Shown: positions 38,207 through 46,760, numbered from the stretch's first letter. The stretch is 62,349 nucleotides of DNA from Holosporales bacterium (GCA_046338525.1 JBKDWF010000052.1:1-62349); one strand, 5' to 3'. Numbers and translations are program-made. The notes: generated from the sequence alone by a model not told the origin.

Positions 38207-38560
38207 CTACTCCCTTTCCATGGTGCATTGAAGTGGATGCTGGTGTTGGCGTGCTAACTGCATCACTTCCATGACCTTAGTTTCAGCAATTTCAAAGGTA
38301 TAAACGCCACAAACCCCAACCCCGGTATTATGAACGGAAAGCATAATCGCCACCGCCTCTTCCTGGGTTTTGGTGAAGCATTGCCGTAACACCGTCACAA
38401 CAAAATCCATCGGCGTGAAATCATCATTGACCAGCAAAACCCGGAACAACGACGGACGTTTTCCCTTGGTTTTACTTCTTGTGGCAATGGCAACGCCGCC
38501 GTCTGGCTCAGCCTGTGATGGTCTGCCCGCTGTTCCCCCTGTTAGTAGTATTTTTAGCAT
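38207..38560 (-). CDS. clpS: ATP-dependent Clp protease adaptor ClpS
   Basis: 117 aa. [17 protein letters not shown] and the following core are typical of ClpS. Confidence 0.9.
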   Translation of the reverse strand: MLKILLTGGTAGRPSQAEPDGGVAIATRSKTKGKRPSLFRVLLVNDDFTPMDFVVTVLRQCFTKTQEEAVAIMLSVHNTGVGVCGVYTFEIAETKVMEVMQLARQHQHPLQCTMERE

Positions 38561-38703
38561 CGAAGTATGAACGAAGGGTTCTCTATGTAGGTAAGATCAC
38601 TTTAGCGTTTTTACAAGATGTCCGCAATGGGTGTCTTGGTGTTGTCTTGGTGTTGTGTTTTGGTGCTGCTAGAGCACCGCAGAAGCTTGGGTTTTTGGAG
38701 GGG

Positions 38704-38811
38704 GGCACCTCTATTAATACCATTTATGGGGATGGGTGGCTAGAAAGGGATTTGCGAGCAACGACCTGACGACGCTAATCGCCCCAGAAATGAGGTTAAT
38801 AGAGGTGCCCA
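38704..38811. repeat. R2-family MITE-like element, complete copy with ~28-bp terminal inverted repeats
   Basis: The left arm is ggcacctctattaataccatttatgggg. The right arm is ccccagaaatgaggttaatagaggtgcc. The internal segment gg(a/g)tg(g/a)gtggctagaaag.g.t.tgcgagcaac recurs at 41745 and 60361. Confidence 0.8.
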
Positions 38812-39227
38812 GGGGGTATTTCCCGATAAAGAGGGCGTAATACAACCACATAGGCTCCAGCTCCGCCGAGGCGGCGTGGAGCCTCGCTCACGGTACTGAC
38901 AAATTTTTTGGCTTCCGCTGTTTCTAGCCAGCTAGGCAATGCCGACCGCAGGGTTTCGCCTTTTGCAGCAGAAAGGTTGCCCTTGCCCGTAATAATTAAT
39001 ACCCTGCGGTGACCAAGAGCCTGGTGCGTTTTTAAAAAAGCTAGGCACTGCTGATGCGCCTTCGCCAAGCTAAGTCCATGCAGGTCAATTTTAGCCTCTA
39101 TGGTGTTTTTTTTGTTGGATAATCGATGGTTGGAGGGCAGGAGTGAGTCCGTAGTGACCACGAGGGCGCGGAGCACTGTCTCTTGCCAGAGGGCATGTTC
39201 TTCTTCGCTAAGACGGCGTTTGCTCAT
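38796..39227 (-). CDS. Smr-domain protein
   Basis: 143 aa. IDLHGLSLAKAH ... VLIITGKG ... LRSALPSWL is the Smr pattern. The last ~5 codons and the stop lie inside the R2 repeat. Confidence 0.75.
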   Translation of the reverse strand: MSKRRLSEEEHALWQETVLRALVVTTDSLLPSNHRLSNKKNTIEAKIDLHGLSLAKAHQQCLAFLKTHQALGHRRVLIITGKGNLSAAKGETLRSALPSWLETAEAKKFVSTVSEAPRRLGGAGAYVVVLRPLYREIPPGHLY

Positions 39228-39240
39228 GAATATATTAATT

Positions 39241-39275
39241 TATACTCATTGCACATCTTGATGTGCAATGAGTAT
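39241..39275. repeat. Perfect 15-bp-stem palindrome (short R1-type hairpin) in the smr/pnp divergent intergenic region
   Basis: tatactcattgcacat-cttg-atgtgcaatgagtat. It shares the ttgcacat...atgtgcaa core and the tatac terminus with the R1 copies. Confidence 0.8.
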
Positions 39276-39379
39276 GGTTTGATAACCTTCATTGATGAGT
39301 CCCCTTTATTTTGCTGGCTTTTTGTGGAGAAAACTTTAGAGTATTTTCTGTTCAAAAAGTTTATTATGAGGAAAAACTG

Positions 39380-41500
39380 ATGTTTACTATTTATCGCAAA
39401 GAACTAGAGTGGGCTGGTCGCCGTTTGACTATTGAGAGCGGCAAAATTGCTCGCCAAGCCGATGGCTCTGTGACCGTCCGTTATGGCGATACTGTTGTCT
39501 TGGCCACCGCTGTTGCTCAGAAAACACCCCGTGCAGGCGTAGATTTCTTGCCGCTAAGCGTGCATTATCAAGAGCGTTTTTACTCTGCAGGACGCATTCC
39601 TGGGGGATTTTTCAAGCGTGAAGGCCGTCCGTCGGAAAAGGAAGTGTTGGTTTCCCGTCTCATCGATCGTCCTATTCGTCCACTGTTCCCGGCTGGTTTC
39701 ACCTATGAAACCCAGGTGCTCGTACAAACGCTCAGCTTTGATCCTGAAACTGATGCTGATGTCGCGGCTATCATTGCGGCATCTGCTGCTCTGACCCTTT
39801 CTGGTGTGCCATTCTTTGGCCCCGTGGGCGCGGCAAAAGTGGGCTATGCCAACGGCAAGTACATCCTCAACCCCACCAAGTCGCAGATCAAGGATGAGTC
39901 TGTTCTGGAACTCGTCGTTGCCGGTACGGCCGAAGGCGTGCTGATGGTGGAATCTGAAGCCAAGGAGTTGTCCGAAGACATTATGTTGGGTGCGGTCAGC
40001 TTTGGTCATGAGGCTTACCAGCCCGTGATTCAGGCGATTGTGCAGCTTGCTGAAAACTGCGCTAAAGACGCTTGGGATTTTGACCCGTCAAAAAGCGGCC
40101 TTTCTGCCGAACAAAAGGCAAAAGTGGAAAGCTTGGCTAAAGCCGATCTTGATGCTGCCTACCGCATTACTGAGAAAAGCGCCCGGGTAGAGGCTCTCAG
40201 TGCGGTCAAGAAAAAAGTTGCTGAAGCGTTCGTGGTAGAGCCTGAGAGCGTCCAAGGTTTTGCCAAAAGTGCTCTTAAAGACCTTGAAAAGGACATTGTG
40301 CGCGGCGCAATTTTGGCAACCAGCAAGCGCATTGACAACCGTGGCCTTTCTGACATCCGTCCTATCGTAGCCGAGGCCGGAATTTTGCCCCGGGTGCATG
40401 GTTCTGCTTGCTTTACCCGTGGAGAAACGCAAGCCATTGTTGTTGCTACCTTAGGGAGTGGCGATGATGAGCAAATGATTGATGCTATTGAAGGCATTTA
40501 TCATGAGCATTTTTTACTGCACTACAACTTCCCGCCGTTCTCGGTTGGGGAAGTGGGCCGCGTCGGCGCGCCCGGTCGCCGCGAAGTGGGTCATGGCAAA
40601 TTGGCTTGGCGGGCGATTCGTCCGCTGCTGCCGTCTAAGGAAAAATTCCCCTACACCCTGCGCATCGTCTCGGAAATCACGGAGTCTAACGGTTCTTCTT
40701 CTATGGCCACCGTGTGCGGCACCTCGCTGGCGTTGATGGACGCTGGTGTGCCATTACCAAGGCCTGTTGCTGGTATTGCTATGGGTCTTATCAAAGAAGA
40801 TAAGGGCGTAGCGGTGTTGTCTGATATTCTTGGGGATGAAGATCATCTTGGAGATATGGACTTCAAAGTAGCCGGAACCAAAGACGGTATTACCGCTTTG
40901 CAGATGGATATTAAAATCACCAGTATTACCCCAGCCATTATGCAGCAAGCTTTGGAACAAGCCAAAGCTGGACGTCTGCATATTCTGGGAGAAATGGCCA
41001 AGGCTCTTACCGCTGCCCGCAGTGATGTTAGTGCCTATGCACCCAAAATGACTGTCATCAAAATCAACAAGGATAAAATCCGCGAAGTGATTGGCAGTGG
41101 CGGCAAAGTTATCCGTGAAATCTGCGCGGTCAGCGGCGCGAAAATTGATATTGAAGATGACGGTACTATTCGTATTGCCGCTATCAACGATGCATCAGCC
41201 CGCGAAGCCATACGCCAAATTCAGGCTATTGCTTCGGAACCAGAAATTGGTGCTATTTATGAGGGCAAAGTGGTGAAAACCATGGAATATGGCGCGTTTG
41301 TCAATTTCTTTGGCAGCCGCGACGGTTTCGTTCACATTTCCGAAATGGCCGATACTCGTATTGCCAAAGTCACGGACGTGGTGAACATGGGCGATACGGT
41401 AAAGGTAAAAGTTGTTGGCTTTGATGATCGCGGTAAGATTCGTTTATCCATTAAAGCCGTGACGAGTGGAGGGGTGACACCTGTTGATCAAGTTGCTTAA
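39380..41500 (+). CDS. pnp: Polyribonucleotide nucleotidyltransferase (PNPase)
   Basis: The start is moved to the ATG at 39380 ([29 protein letters not shown]), which has a gaggaaaaa RBS. The protein has two RNase PH domains plus KH and S1 domains; 706 aa. Confidence 0.95.
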   Translation: MFTIYRKELEWAGRRLTIESGKIARQADGSVTVRYGDTVVLATAVAQKTPRAGVDFLPLSVHYQERFYSAGRIPGGFFKREGRPSEKEVLVSRLIDRPIRPLFPAGFTYETQVLVQTLSFDPETDADVAAIIAASAALTLSGVPFFGPVGAAKVGYANGKYILNPTKSQIKDESVLELVVAGTAEGVLMVESEAKELSEDIMLGAVSFGHEAYQPVIQAIVQLAENCAKDAWDFDPSKSGLSAEQKAKVESLAKADLDAAYRITEKSARVEALSAVKKKVAEAFVVEPESVQGFAKSALKDLEKDIVRGAILATSKRIDNRGLSDIRPIVAEAGILPRVHGSACFTRGETQAIVVATLGSGDDEQMIDAIEGIYHEHFLLHYNFPPFSVGEVGRVGAPGRREVGHGKLAWRAIRPLLPSKEKFPYTLRIVSEITESNGSSSMATVCGTSLALMDAGVPLPRPVAGIAMGLIKEDKGVAVLSDILGDEDHLGDMDFKVAGTKDGITALQMDIKITSITPAIMQQALEQAKAGRLHILGEMAKALTAARSDVSAYAPKMTVIKINKDKIREVIGSGGKVIREICAVSGAKIDIEDDGTIRIAAINDASAREAIRQIQAIASEPEIGAIYEGKVVKTMEYGAFVNFFGSRDGFVHISEMADTRIAKVTDVVNMGDTVKVKVVGFDDRGKIRLSIKAVTSGGVTPVDQVA

Positions 41501-41632
41501 GTATACTGAATGCAGATGAAGGCTTCCGGTTCGGCGAGCGAACCGAGCGGCGCGCAGCGTACTAAACGTACGTGAGCACCGCGAGGTGTGGCGCAGCCAA
41601 CGAGAAGTTTTCAGGTGCGTTCAGTATATACT
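41501..41632. repeat. Palindromic structured element immediately after the pnp stop (single copy in this window)
   Basis: The termini gtatactgaatgca and tgcgttcagtatatac are inverted. Internal hairpins are ggttcg-gcgag-cgaacc and cgtac-taaa-gtacg. Confidence 0.55.
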
Positions 41633-41663
41633 CCTTGCACATGAAGAATGTGCGAGCGGTATA
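41625..41663. repeat. R1-family short copy (both termini joined)
   Basis: tatatactccttgcacatgaagaatgtgcgagcggtata joins the right-end and left-end motifs of R1 in one hairpin. Confidence 0.7.
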
Positions 41664-41674
41664 GCATTATAGTT

Positions 41675-41711
41675 AAAAAACGGCGGGTGCCTCTTGGTCT
41701 CGCCGTTTTTT
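41675..41711. terminator. Bidirectional Rho-independent terminator downstream of pnp
   Basis: aaaaaa-cggcgggtgcc-tcttg-gtctcgccg-tttttt: a GC-rich stem flanked by an A-run and a T-run. Confidence 0.7.
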
Positions 41712-41744
41712 ATCGTGCGTTATATAGGTCGTGTCGCTATATAG

Positions 41745-41787
41745 GAATGAGTGGCTAGAAAGGGATGCGTGAGCAACCGCAAGCGTA
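41745..41787. repeat. R2-family internal fragment
   Basis: ggaatgagtggctagaaagggatgcgtgagcaaccg matches the internal segment of 38704..38811 and 60361..60420. Confidence 0.6.
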
Positions 41788-41797
41788 AAACCTAATA

Positions 41798-42249
41798 CTA
41801 ATTTACAGTCTATTGAGTAATATATAATGATTATCTCTTTCCTAAAATGGGTGGGTTTCAGTTTTCACGCCCTCACCCTCCAAAGCTGCCACTTTGGCGG
41901 CCTCTCCTTTCGGCCTGCCCTATGCACACAAGTCCTGAAATTGGCTCTATTCCAGCATTAGCGCAGTGCAACGCCGTTGCTTTGAAGACGATAACGACTG
42001 CCTGTTACCTCCTTCTCCCGCGCAGCGGGGGAAGGTGAGGAAGGGGGTGTTTAAAATAAGAAAAACCAATGGCTTTTTACCCTCTCCCCGTAAGGCCGAT
42101 GGCCTTACGCCTCCCCCGCTGCGCGGGAGAGGGAGCCGCCGTAAGGCGGCGGGTGAGAGCGTTATAAGTTCGAGAATAATAGCAAGAAAAACACACTATA
42201 TTTACTGCGGAGATTAGGTTTTTAAATTACTCAATAGACTGTAAATTAG
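41798..42249 (+). repeat. R3-family MITE-like element, complete (~450 bp) with ~22-bp terminal inverted repeats
   Basis: The left terminus is ctaatttacagtctattgagtaa and the right terminus is ttactcaatagactgtaaattag. The left ~285 bp is collinear with the partial copy at 2189..2452. The only ORFs are short and implausible. Confidence 0.8.
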
Positions 42250-42337
42250 TATAAGAGAGGCGTTCCAAAGCCACTGTTCTAAAGCAGGTGAAGATGGTAC
42301 TGCTATGGCGTGAACACAAGATACTGCTGTCGGGTAG

Positions 42338-42844
42338 TTATTGAAGTGGTTTGCGCCCAGGTGTTCCCGCAGATAAATGTTTAATAATATCAAATATTTT
42401 ATTGCGTAAGGATGGGTCGGGAATTCGCCAATATGCAGTTACTAGTTCCAGTGTTTCTTTGCGGGACAAGGGATGCTCATCATTATATAGAGAATCTTTA
42501 TCTTCTTGATTTTCGTGCAAAACGAGACCGTTATCGAGAGTATCACTAGTGGAGTAGTCTGGCGCTTCGGCCTCGGTGCCATATCCGGCAAAGAAAGCAC
42601 TGATGGAGACTTTTAAAGATTGTGCAATTTCATAGAGTTTACTGGCACTAATACGGTTGGCACCGCGTTCGTACTTTTGAATTTGTTGGAAAGTCAGGCC
42701 TATATCTGAAGCTAAGCGCTCTTGACTTATACCGGACATGCTGCGCAAAAGCCGCAATCTCTGGCCAACGTGATGATCAATAGGGTGCATAATAAAATAT
42801 TTTCCGCGACTTAGATTAAAGCCTGATGCATTAGATTGCATCAA
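42338..42844 (-). CDS. XRE-family transcriptional regulator, PraR/PhrR-like
   Basis: PIDHHVGQRLRLLRSMSGISQERLASDIGLTFQQIQKYERGANRISASKLYEIAQSLKVSISAFF and the C-terminal ...ISDPSLRNKIFDIIKHL pattern match the remembered alphaproteobacterial PraR/PhrR family. Confidence 0.75.
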   Translation of the reverse strand: MMQSNASGFNLSRGKYFIMHPIDHHVGQRLRLLRSMSGISQERLASDIGLTFQQIQKYERGANRISASKLYEIAQSLKVSISAFFAGYGTEAEAPDYSTSDTLDNGLVLHENQEDKDSLYNDEHPLSRKETLELVTAYWRIPDPSLRNKIFDIIKHLSAGTPGRKPLQ

Positions 42845-42906
42845 GGGCTAAACATACTAATGAGTGTATAACACACAAATATACTCGTCAAGCGCAAATA
42901 ACAGGC

Positions 42907-44440
42907 TGTGTCGTCGTTCAGGCAAATGTCCCAGTAAATAGCCAAGGGAATGTCCCGTAGAGTGTCCAATTTTGGGTGAGCCAAGATGGGACTGAAACGC
43001 AAGACACGAGAGGACATCAGGATGTTGCGATTTGAGGACGTGCATGACCGGTATGCGGCTGGGAAGATTAGCTGTGAGGGGGCAGCAGAGCTGCTTGCAA
43101 TCAACCGGCGGACATTTTTGCGGTGGCGGCATCGGTATGAGGAGCACGGGGGGGCGGACTGGCCGGATTTGCGGCTGGGGCAGGCACCGGCAAACAAGGC
43201 GGCCGACCGAGAGGTAGAGCGGATCACAAAGTTGTACCGGGAAAAATACCACGGTTTTAGCGTCAAGCATTTCCATCAGTATTTATGCTGGGAAGAAGGA
43301 TTTGCGCGCAGCTACAGCTGGGTCAAGCGGGCGTTGGTCAAAAGCGGGGTTGTCACCGTCAGCACGCGCGGCGGCAAGCACCGGTTGCGGCGTCCGCGTC
43401 GGCCACAAGCAGGGATGATGATGCATCAGGACGGCAGCACGCATGTGTGGTTTGGCGACAGCCCGTGCGACTTGATAATCACCATGGACGATGCCACCAG
43501 CTTAGTGACCAGCGGCTTTTTCTGCGAACAGGAGGGGACACTTTCAAGCCTGCGCGGCCTAGCCGAGACGATTGCGGCTTACGGCTTATTTTGCAGCCTC
43601 TACACCGACCGGGGAAGCCATTATTGGTACACGCCAGAAGCCGGGGAAAAGGTGGACAAAAGCCGCCTGACAGAAGTCGGGCGGGCGTGTCAACAATTGG
43701 GCATCCGGCACATACCGGCCTACAGTCCGCAGGCACGTGGGCGTTCGGAACGGCTGTTTGGCACGCTGCAACAACGCCTGACGGCAGAGCTTGCTCTCCA
43801 CGGAATTAGCCATATCGAGGATGCCAACCGCTATCTGCGCGAAATCTACCTGCCGCGGCACAACCAGAAGTTTACCGTCCTTGCCGCCGATCCCGAAAGT
43901 GCCTTTATTCCTTATGTTGGGCGGCCATTAGAGCAGATTTTGTGCGTCCAAGAAGACCGCACGGTCGGTGCCGACAATACCGTGCGCTACCAGGGAATGA
44001 TCCTGCAAATCCCAGCAAACAAGGACCGTCCTCATTATGTGCGCTGTGACGTCACGATTTGTCGGCATATCGACGGGACGCTGTCTATCCTCCATGGGCA
44101 TCGTTGTATCGGTCGTTACACCAGCAACGGCGCGCCACTACAGAAAAAAACACTCCCATGTAGCCCCGTTGTTCCCAAGAAAATATCCGCCGCATGAACA
44201 ATAAAAATAGGCTGTGGATGACAGGCAGTATGGGGATAAGTGCGCCACACAGCACCATCCTCACACCAAACCCCGCCGACGCACTTACCCGCCATACATG
44301 CCCGTGCATCCACAGTCTGCCACAACCGCCTCCGCTTAAAAAAAGGATATTGAAAAAGGTGGTGGGGACGGTCTATACCTCCACAACTTTGGGGACATTC
44401 CCCGGCTTATATATTGGGACATTTCCCCTGAGCGTTGACA
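42907..44440 (+). mobile_element. Insertion sequence (~1.53 kb) with a single rve/DDE transposase, imperfect terminal inverted repeats and a 15-bp target-site duplication. ISNCY (IS1202-group) or IS481-like.
   Basis: IRL is tgtgtcgtcgttcaggcaaatgtcccagtaaatagccaagggaatgtccc. The reverse complement of IRR is tgtcaacgctcaggggaaatgtcccaatatataagccggggaatgtcccc. The direct repeat gcgcaaataacaggc lies at 42892..42906 and 44441..44455. Confidence 0.85.
42986..44197 (+). CDS. DDE (rve integrase-core) transposase
   Basis: 403 aa. N-terminal HTH (ISCEGAAELLAINRRTFLRWRHRYEEHG). DDE candidates are HQDGSTH, LYTDRGSHY and SPQARGRSERLFGTLQ. Confidence 0.85.
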   Translation: MGLKRKTREDIRMLRFEDVHDRYAAGKISCEGAAELLAINRRTFLRWRHRYEEHGGADWPDLRLGQAPANKAADREVERITKLYREKYHGFSVKHFHQYLCWEEGFARSYSWVKRALVKSGVVTVSTRGGKHRLRRPRRPQAGMMMHQDGSTHVWFGDSPCDLIITMDDATSLVTSGFFCEQEGTLSSLRGLAETIAAYGLFCSLYTDRGSHYWYTPEAGEKVDKSRLTEVGRACQQLGIRHIPAYSPQARGRSERLFGTLQQRLTAELALHGISHIEDANRYLREIYLPRHNQKFTVLAADPESAFIPYVGRPLEQILCVQEDRTVGADNTVRYQGMILQIPANKDRPHYVRCDVTICRHIDGTLSILHGHRCIGRYTSNGAPLQKKTLPCSPVVPKKISAA

Positions 44441-44535
44441 GCGCAAATAACAGGCAAATAACAGCGCAAACATCAACGCCTTGACATTCCCCTGACGTTA
44501 ACTGTTTCATAACACTCTCTTTCTAGGCAAATCAC

Positions 44536-45510
44536 ATGCGCCTAAAAACATTCACCGCCGTCAATATGCCTGATGCCATGCGGCAGGTGCGTGCCGCCTT
44601 GGGCGATGAAGCTATTATTTTATCCACTGAGCATGATAAAATAAGAAAACAGCTTCTGGTGACAGCAGGGGTGGAAGAAAAGCCCTCTTCCAAAGCAGTA
44701 AAGTCAACATTGAAGCCTAAAATTAAAGTTGAGGCGGGCGTACTGGACAGCCTCACGGACGTGCTGGATCGCCACCATCTTCCCCGCCGGTTGGCTAACA
44801 GACTGCTCCGCCAAGCCGAAGAGGTGCAAGGCAACGTCCTCCACGTTTTAGAAGAAGTTTTAGCCAGCAGCATTGCTTTTACCGAAGATATGCCCACCGC
44901 ACCGTTGGTGCTTATTGGCCAGCCTGGAGCCGGGAAAACGGTGACAGCAGCGCGCCTTGCGGCGCGGGCGCGTCTGGCCGGGCAAGAAGTTATTTTGTTC
45001 AGCACCGACACGGTAAAGGCCGGTGGCATCGAACAACTTGGCAATTTGGCGCGAGCGATGAAGGTACCTTTGCATACTGCCGAAGACCCAAAGGCTCTTA
45101 CCCACGCCATGCGGCAGATTCCCGCCGGAACCCGTGTTTTTATCGATACGGCAGGGCTTGACCCCCGCACCGATGCGGCCCATTTGACCGCCCTGACCAA
45201 AATTCCCAGTGTCGCCTTTGCGTGGGTATTACCGGTTAGCGGCGATGCTGAAGATATGCGTGAGGAGGCCGAGGCGCTGGCAACGGCTGTTCCTTTATCG
45301 GTTTTATTGCCCACCCGCCTGGATTTAGCGCGTCGGTTGGGAGGGGTTATCAATGCCGCGATGAACCTTGGCTTGCCCATTGGCCCCACGGGGATGAGCG
45401 TGAGTATTGCCAAGGGCCTGCGGCCACTCTCGGCACCGCTGCTGGCGGCCTTGATGCTTGCCGATGTTAAGGTGCCGAAGGGGCGTTTTCTAGGGGATGC
45501 AAAATCATGA
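44536..45510 (+). CDS. flhF: FlhF-like SRP-type GTPase
   Basis: 324 aa. The N-terminus MRLKTFTAVNMPDAMRQVRAALGDEAIILS is typical of the FlhF B-domain. The NG domain has G1 GQPGAGKT, G2-region STDTVKAGGIEQL, G3 DTAGLD and G4 TRLD. Confidence 0.8.
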   Translation: MRLKTFTAVNMPDAMRQVRAALGDEAIILSTEHDKIRKQLLVTAGVEEKPSSKAVKSTLKPKIKVEAGVLDSLTDVLDRHHLPRRLANRLLRQAEEVQGNVLHVLEEVLASSIAFTEDMPTAPLVLIGQPGAGKTVTAARLAARARLAGQEVILFSTDTVKAGGIEQLGNLARAMKVPLHTAEDPKALTHAMRQIPAGTRVFIDTAGLDPRTDAAHLTALTKIPSVAFAWVLPVSGDAEDMREEAEALATAVPLSVLLPTRLDLARRLGGVINAAMNLGLPIGPTGMSVSIAKGLRPLSAPLLAALMLADVKVPKGRFLGDAKS

Positions 45511-46250
45511 CACAGCCGCGCAACCGTAAAATTGTGGCCATTGCTTCGGGCAAGGGCGGGGTGGGCAAGACTTGGTGCGCCATCACACTGGCCAAAACAT
45601 TGACCGATATGAATAAGCGCGTCTTACTGATTGATGGGGATTTGGGTCTGGCGAACATTGATATTCAATTGGGGCTTGGAAATTGCTTGGATTACCGTGA
45701 TTTTCTAAGGGATAGCAAAAAAAACCTCGCCGATTGCGTGCAACAGCACGATGGCATAAACCTTATTGCCGGATCGTCCGGTTCTGGTGCATTGGGGACA
45801 CTCTCCTCGGCAAGTCTCGATAGGCTTGGTCAGGGCATTGTTTCTCTAACCCCTTATTATGATATTATTATTCTCGATCTCGGGGCCGGGGTTGATACCG
45901 CCGTGCGGCGGCTCAGCGCGTTGGCAGGTCAGATAGTAGTGGTCACGACCCCAGAACCCACGGCACTAACAGATGCCTATGCCTACATTAAAGTGACTAT
46001 GCCCCCTAAAGTCGCACTTCTTGTGAACATGGCCGATGATGCCGTTGATGGAGAGCGAGCGTATAATACATTATCGAAAGCATGCGATAACTTCTTGAAA
46101 ATAAAACCTGAATTACTGGGAATTATTCATCGGGATAAGGCCGTACCCGCCGCTATCAGGCGGCAAAAAACCATTGTTGCGGCGGCACCCCGATCGGGAA
46201 TTGTTAAGGAGATGCGGGCTGTTGCAGTATTATTAGTAAAAATTTTATAA
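45507..46250 (+). CDS. flhG: MinD/ParA-family ATPase FlhG (YlxH/FleN-like)
   Basis: 247 aa. Deviant Walker A IASGKGGVGKT. Coupled to flhF by a 4-nt overlap. The C-terminus (EMRAVAVLLVKIL) is amphipathic. Confidence 0.8.
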   Translation: MTQPRNRKIVAIASGKGGVGKTWCAITLAKTLTDMNKRVLLIDGDLGLANIDIQLGLGNCLDYRDFLRDSKKNLADCVQQHDGINLIAGSSGSGALGTLSSASLDRLGQGIVSLTPYYDIIILDLGAGVDTAVRRLSALAGQIVVVTTPEPTALTDAYAYIKVTMPPKVALLVNMADDAVDGERAYNTLSKACDNFLKIKPELLGIIHRDKAVPAAIRRQKTIVAAAPRSGIVKEMRAVAVLLVKIL

Positions 46251-46290
46251 AAAATTCTTTACAAGGGTATTTATCTCCTTTATATCTTAA

Positions 46291-46310
46291 TTTGTGATTA
46301 AAGTCACAAA
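46291..46310. promoter_or_regulatory. Perfect CRP/Crp-Fnr-type palindrome upstream of the first virB2 paralogue
   Basis: tTTGTGA-ttaaag-TCACAAa has the TGTGA-N6-TCACA core. It sits 45 nt upstream of the ATG at 46355. An extra half-site, ttgtgac, lies at 46314..46320. Confidence 0.5.
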
Positions 46311-46354
46311 TAGTTGTGACGCAAAACCACAGGAAGAGGAAAAAGGAGAATCCT

Positions 46355-46744
46355 ATGAAACACTTTATTTTTCGAGTAACGCGCTGGCTAGCTTGCTTTG
46401 CCGTTGCTGCTTTATTTATCGGAGGGATGACGGGGGCAGCATCCGCCCAGACGAGTAGTGGTCAACCCCGTGATGTTGGCAAAACTGTTGGAATAGGGAA
46501 AGGCATTAAAGATTCAACTTTTTTTGCAGACTCTAACGAACTCGTTATCGATAGCTACAGATCGGGCAGTGGGGTGGTGCTGGGTGTCGGCGGCCTTGGG
46601 GCGATTGCCCTCGGCGCGCTGGCCATGTTTGGACGGTTCCAATGGCAATGGCTGATGGCTCTCATTGGCGGTCTAGTTACTATCGCCGGTGTGGGCACTG
46701 CGATTCAATACCTCACGGGTGCGACAACGCTGAAGAACACTTGA
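46355..46744 (+). CDS. virB2: VirB2/TrbC-family type IV secretion pilin, paralogue 1
   Basis: ATG with an aaggag RBS. Signal peptide ...GGMTGAASA/QTSSG. The C-terminus GVVLGVGGLGAIALGALAMFGRFQWQWLMALIGGLVTIAGVGTAIQYLTG parallels Agrobacterium VirB2 ...LAVLGIVAIGISWMFGRASLGLVAGVVGGIVIMFGASFLGKTLTG. Confidence 0.8.
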   Translation: MKHFIFRVTRWLACFAVAALFIGGMTGAASAQTSSGQPRDVGKTVGIGKGIKDSTFFADSNELVIDSYRSGSGVVLGVGGLGAIALGALAMFGRFQWQWLMALIGGLVTIAGVGTAIQYLTGATTLKNT

Positions 46745-46760
46745 TTGTTAATTGTTACGC

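Noticed and set aside
38631-38652. Short tandem duplication gtcttggtgtt x2 upstream of clpS
   Set aside because: There are only two units of 11 bp in an intergenic region. This is most simply a slippage duplication, and nothing suggests a function.
13398-41663. Possibility that the dispersed R1/R2 repeats represent a CRISPR array
   Set aside because: The copies are kilobases apart, occur in both orientations, are imperfect and internally palindromic, and are not separated by regular unique spacers. No cas genes are present.
41847-42217. 63- and 83-aa ORFs inside the R3 element (and the 68-aa ORF at 2217..2423 in the partial copy)
   Set aside because: The reading frames are not conserved between the two copies (substitutions and indels break them), and the sequences are Pro/Arg/Gly-rich. 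The element is treated as non-coding.
44532-45413. 293-aa ORF antisense to flhF, and similar long antisense ORFs at 47148..47828 (opposite the double-pilin gene), 60508..61194 (opposite tolQ), 27554..28135 (opposite phbA), 22294..23088 and 18501..20126 (opposite the TpsA gene)
   Set aside because: In each case the opposite strand carries a gene with clear family motifs. The antisense translations are low-complexity and have no start context.
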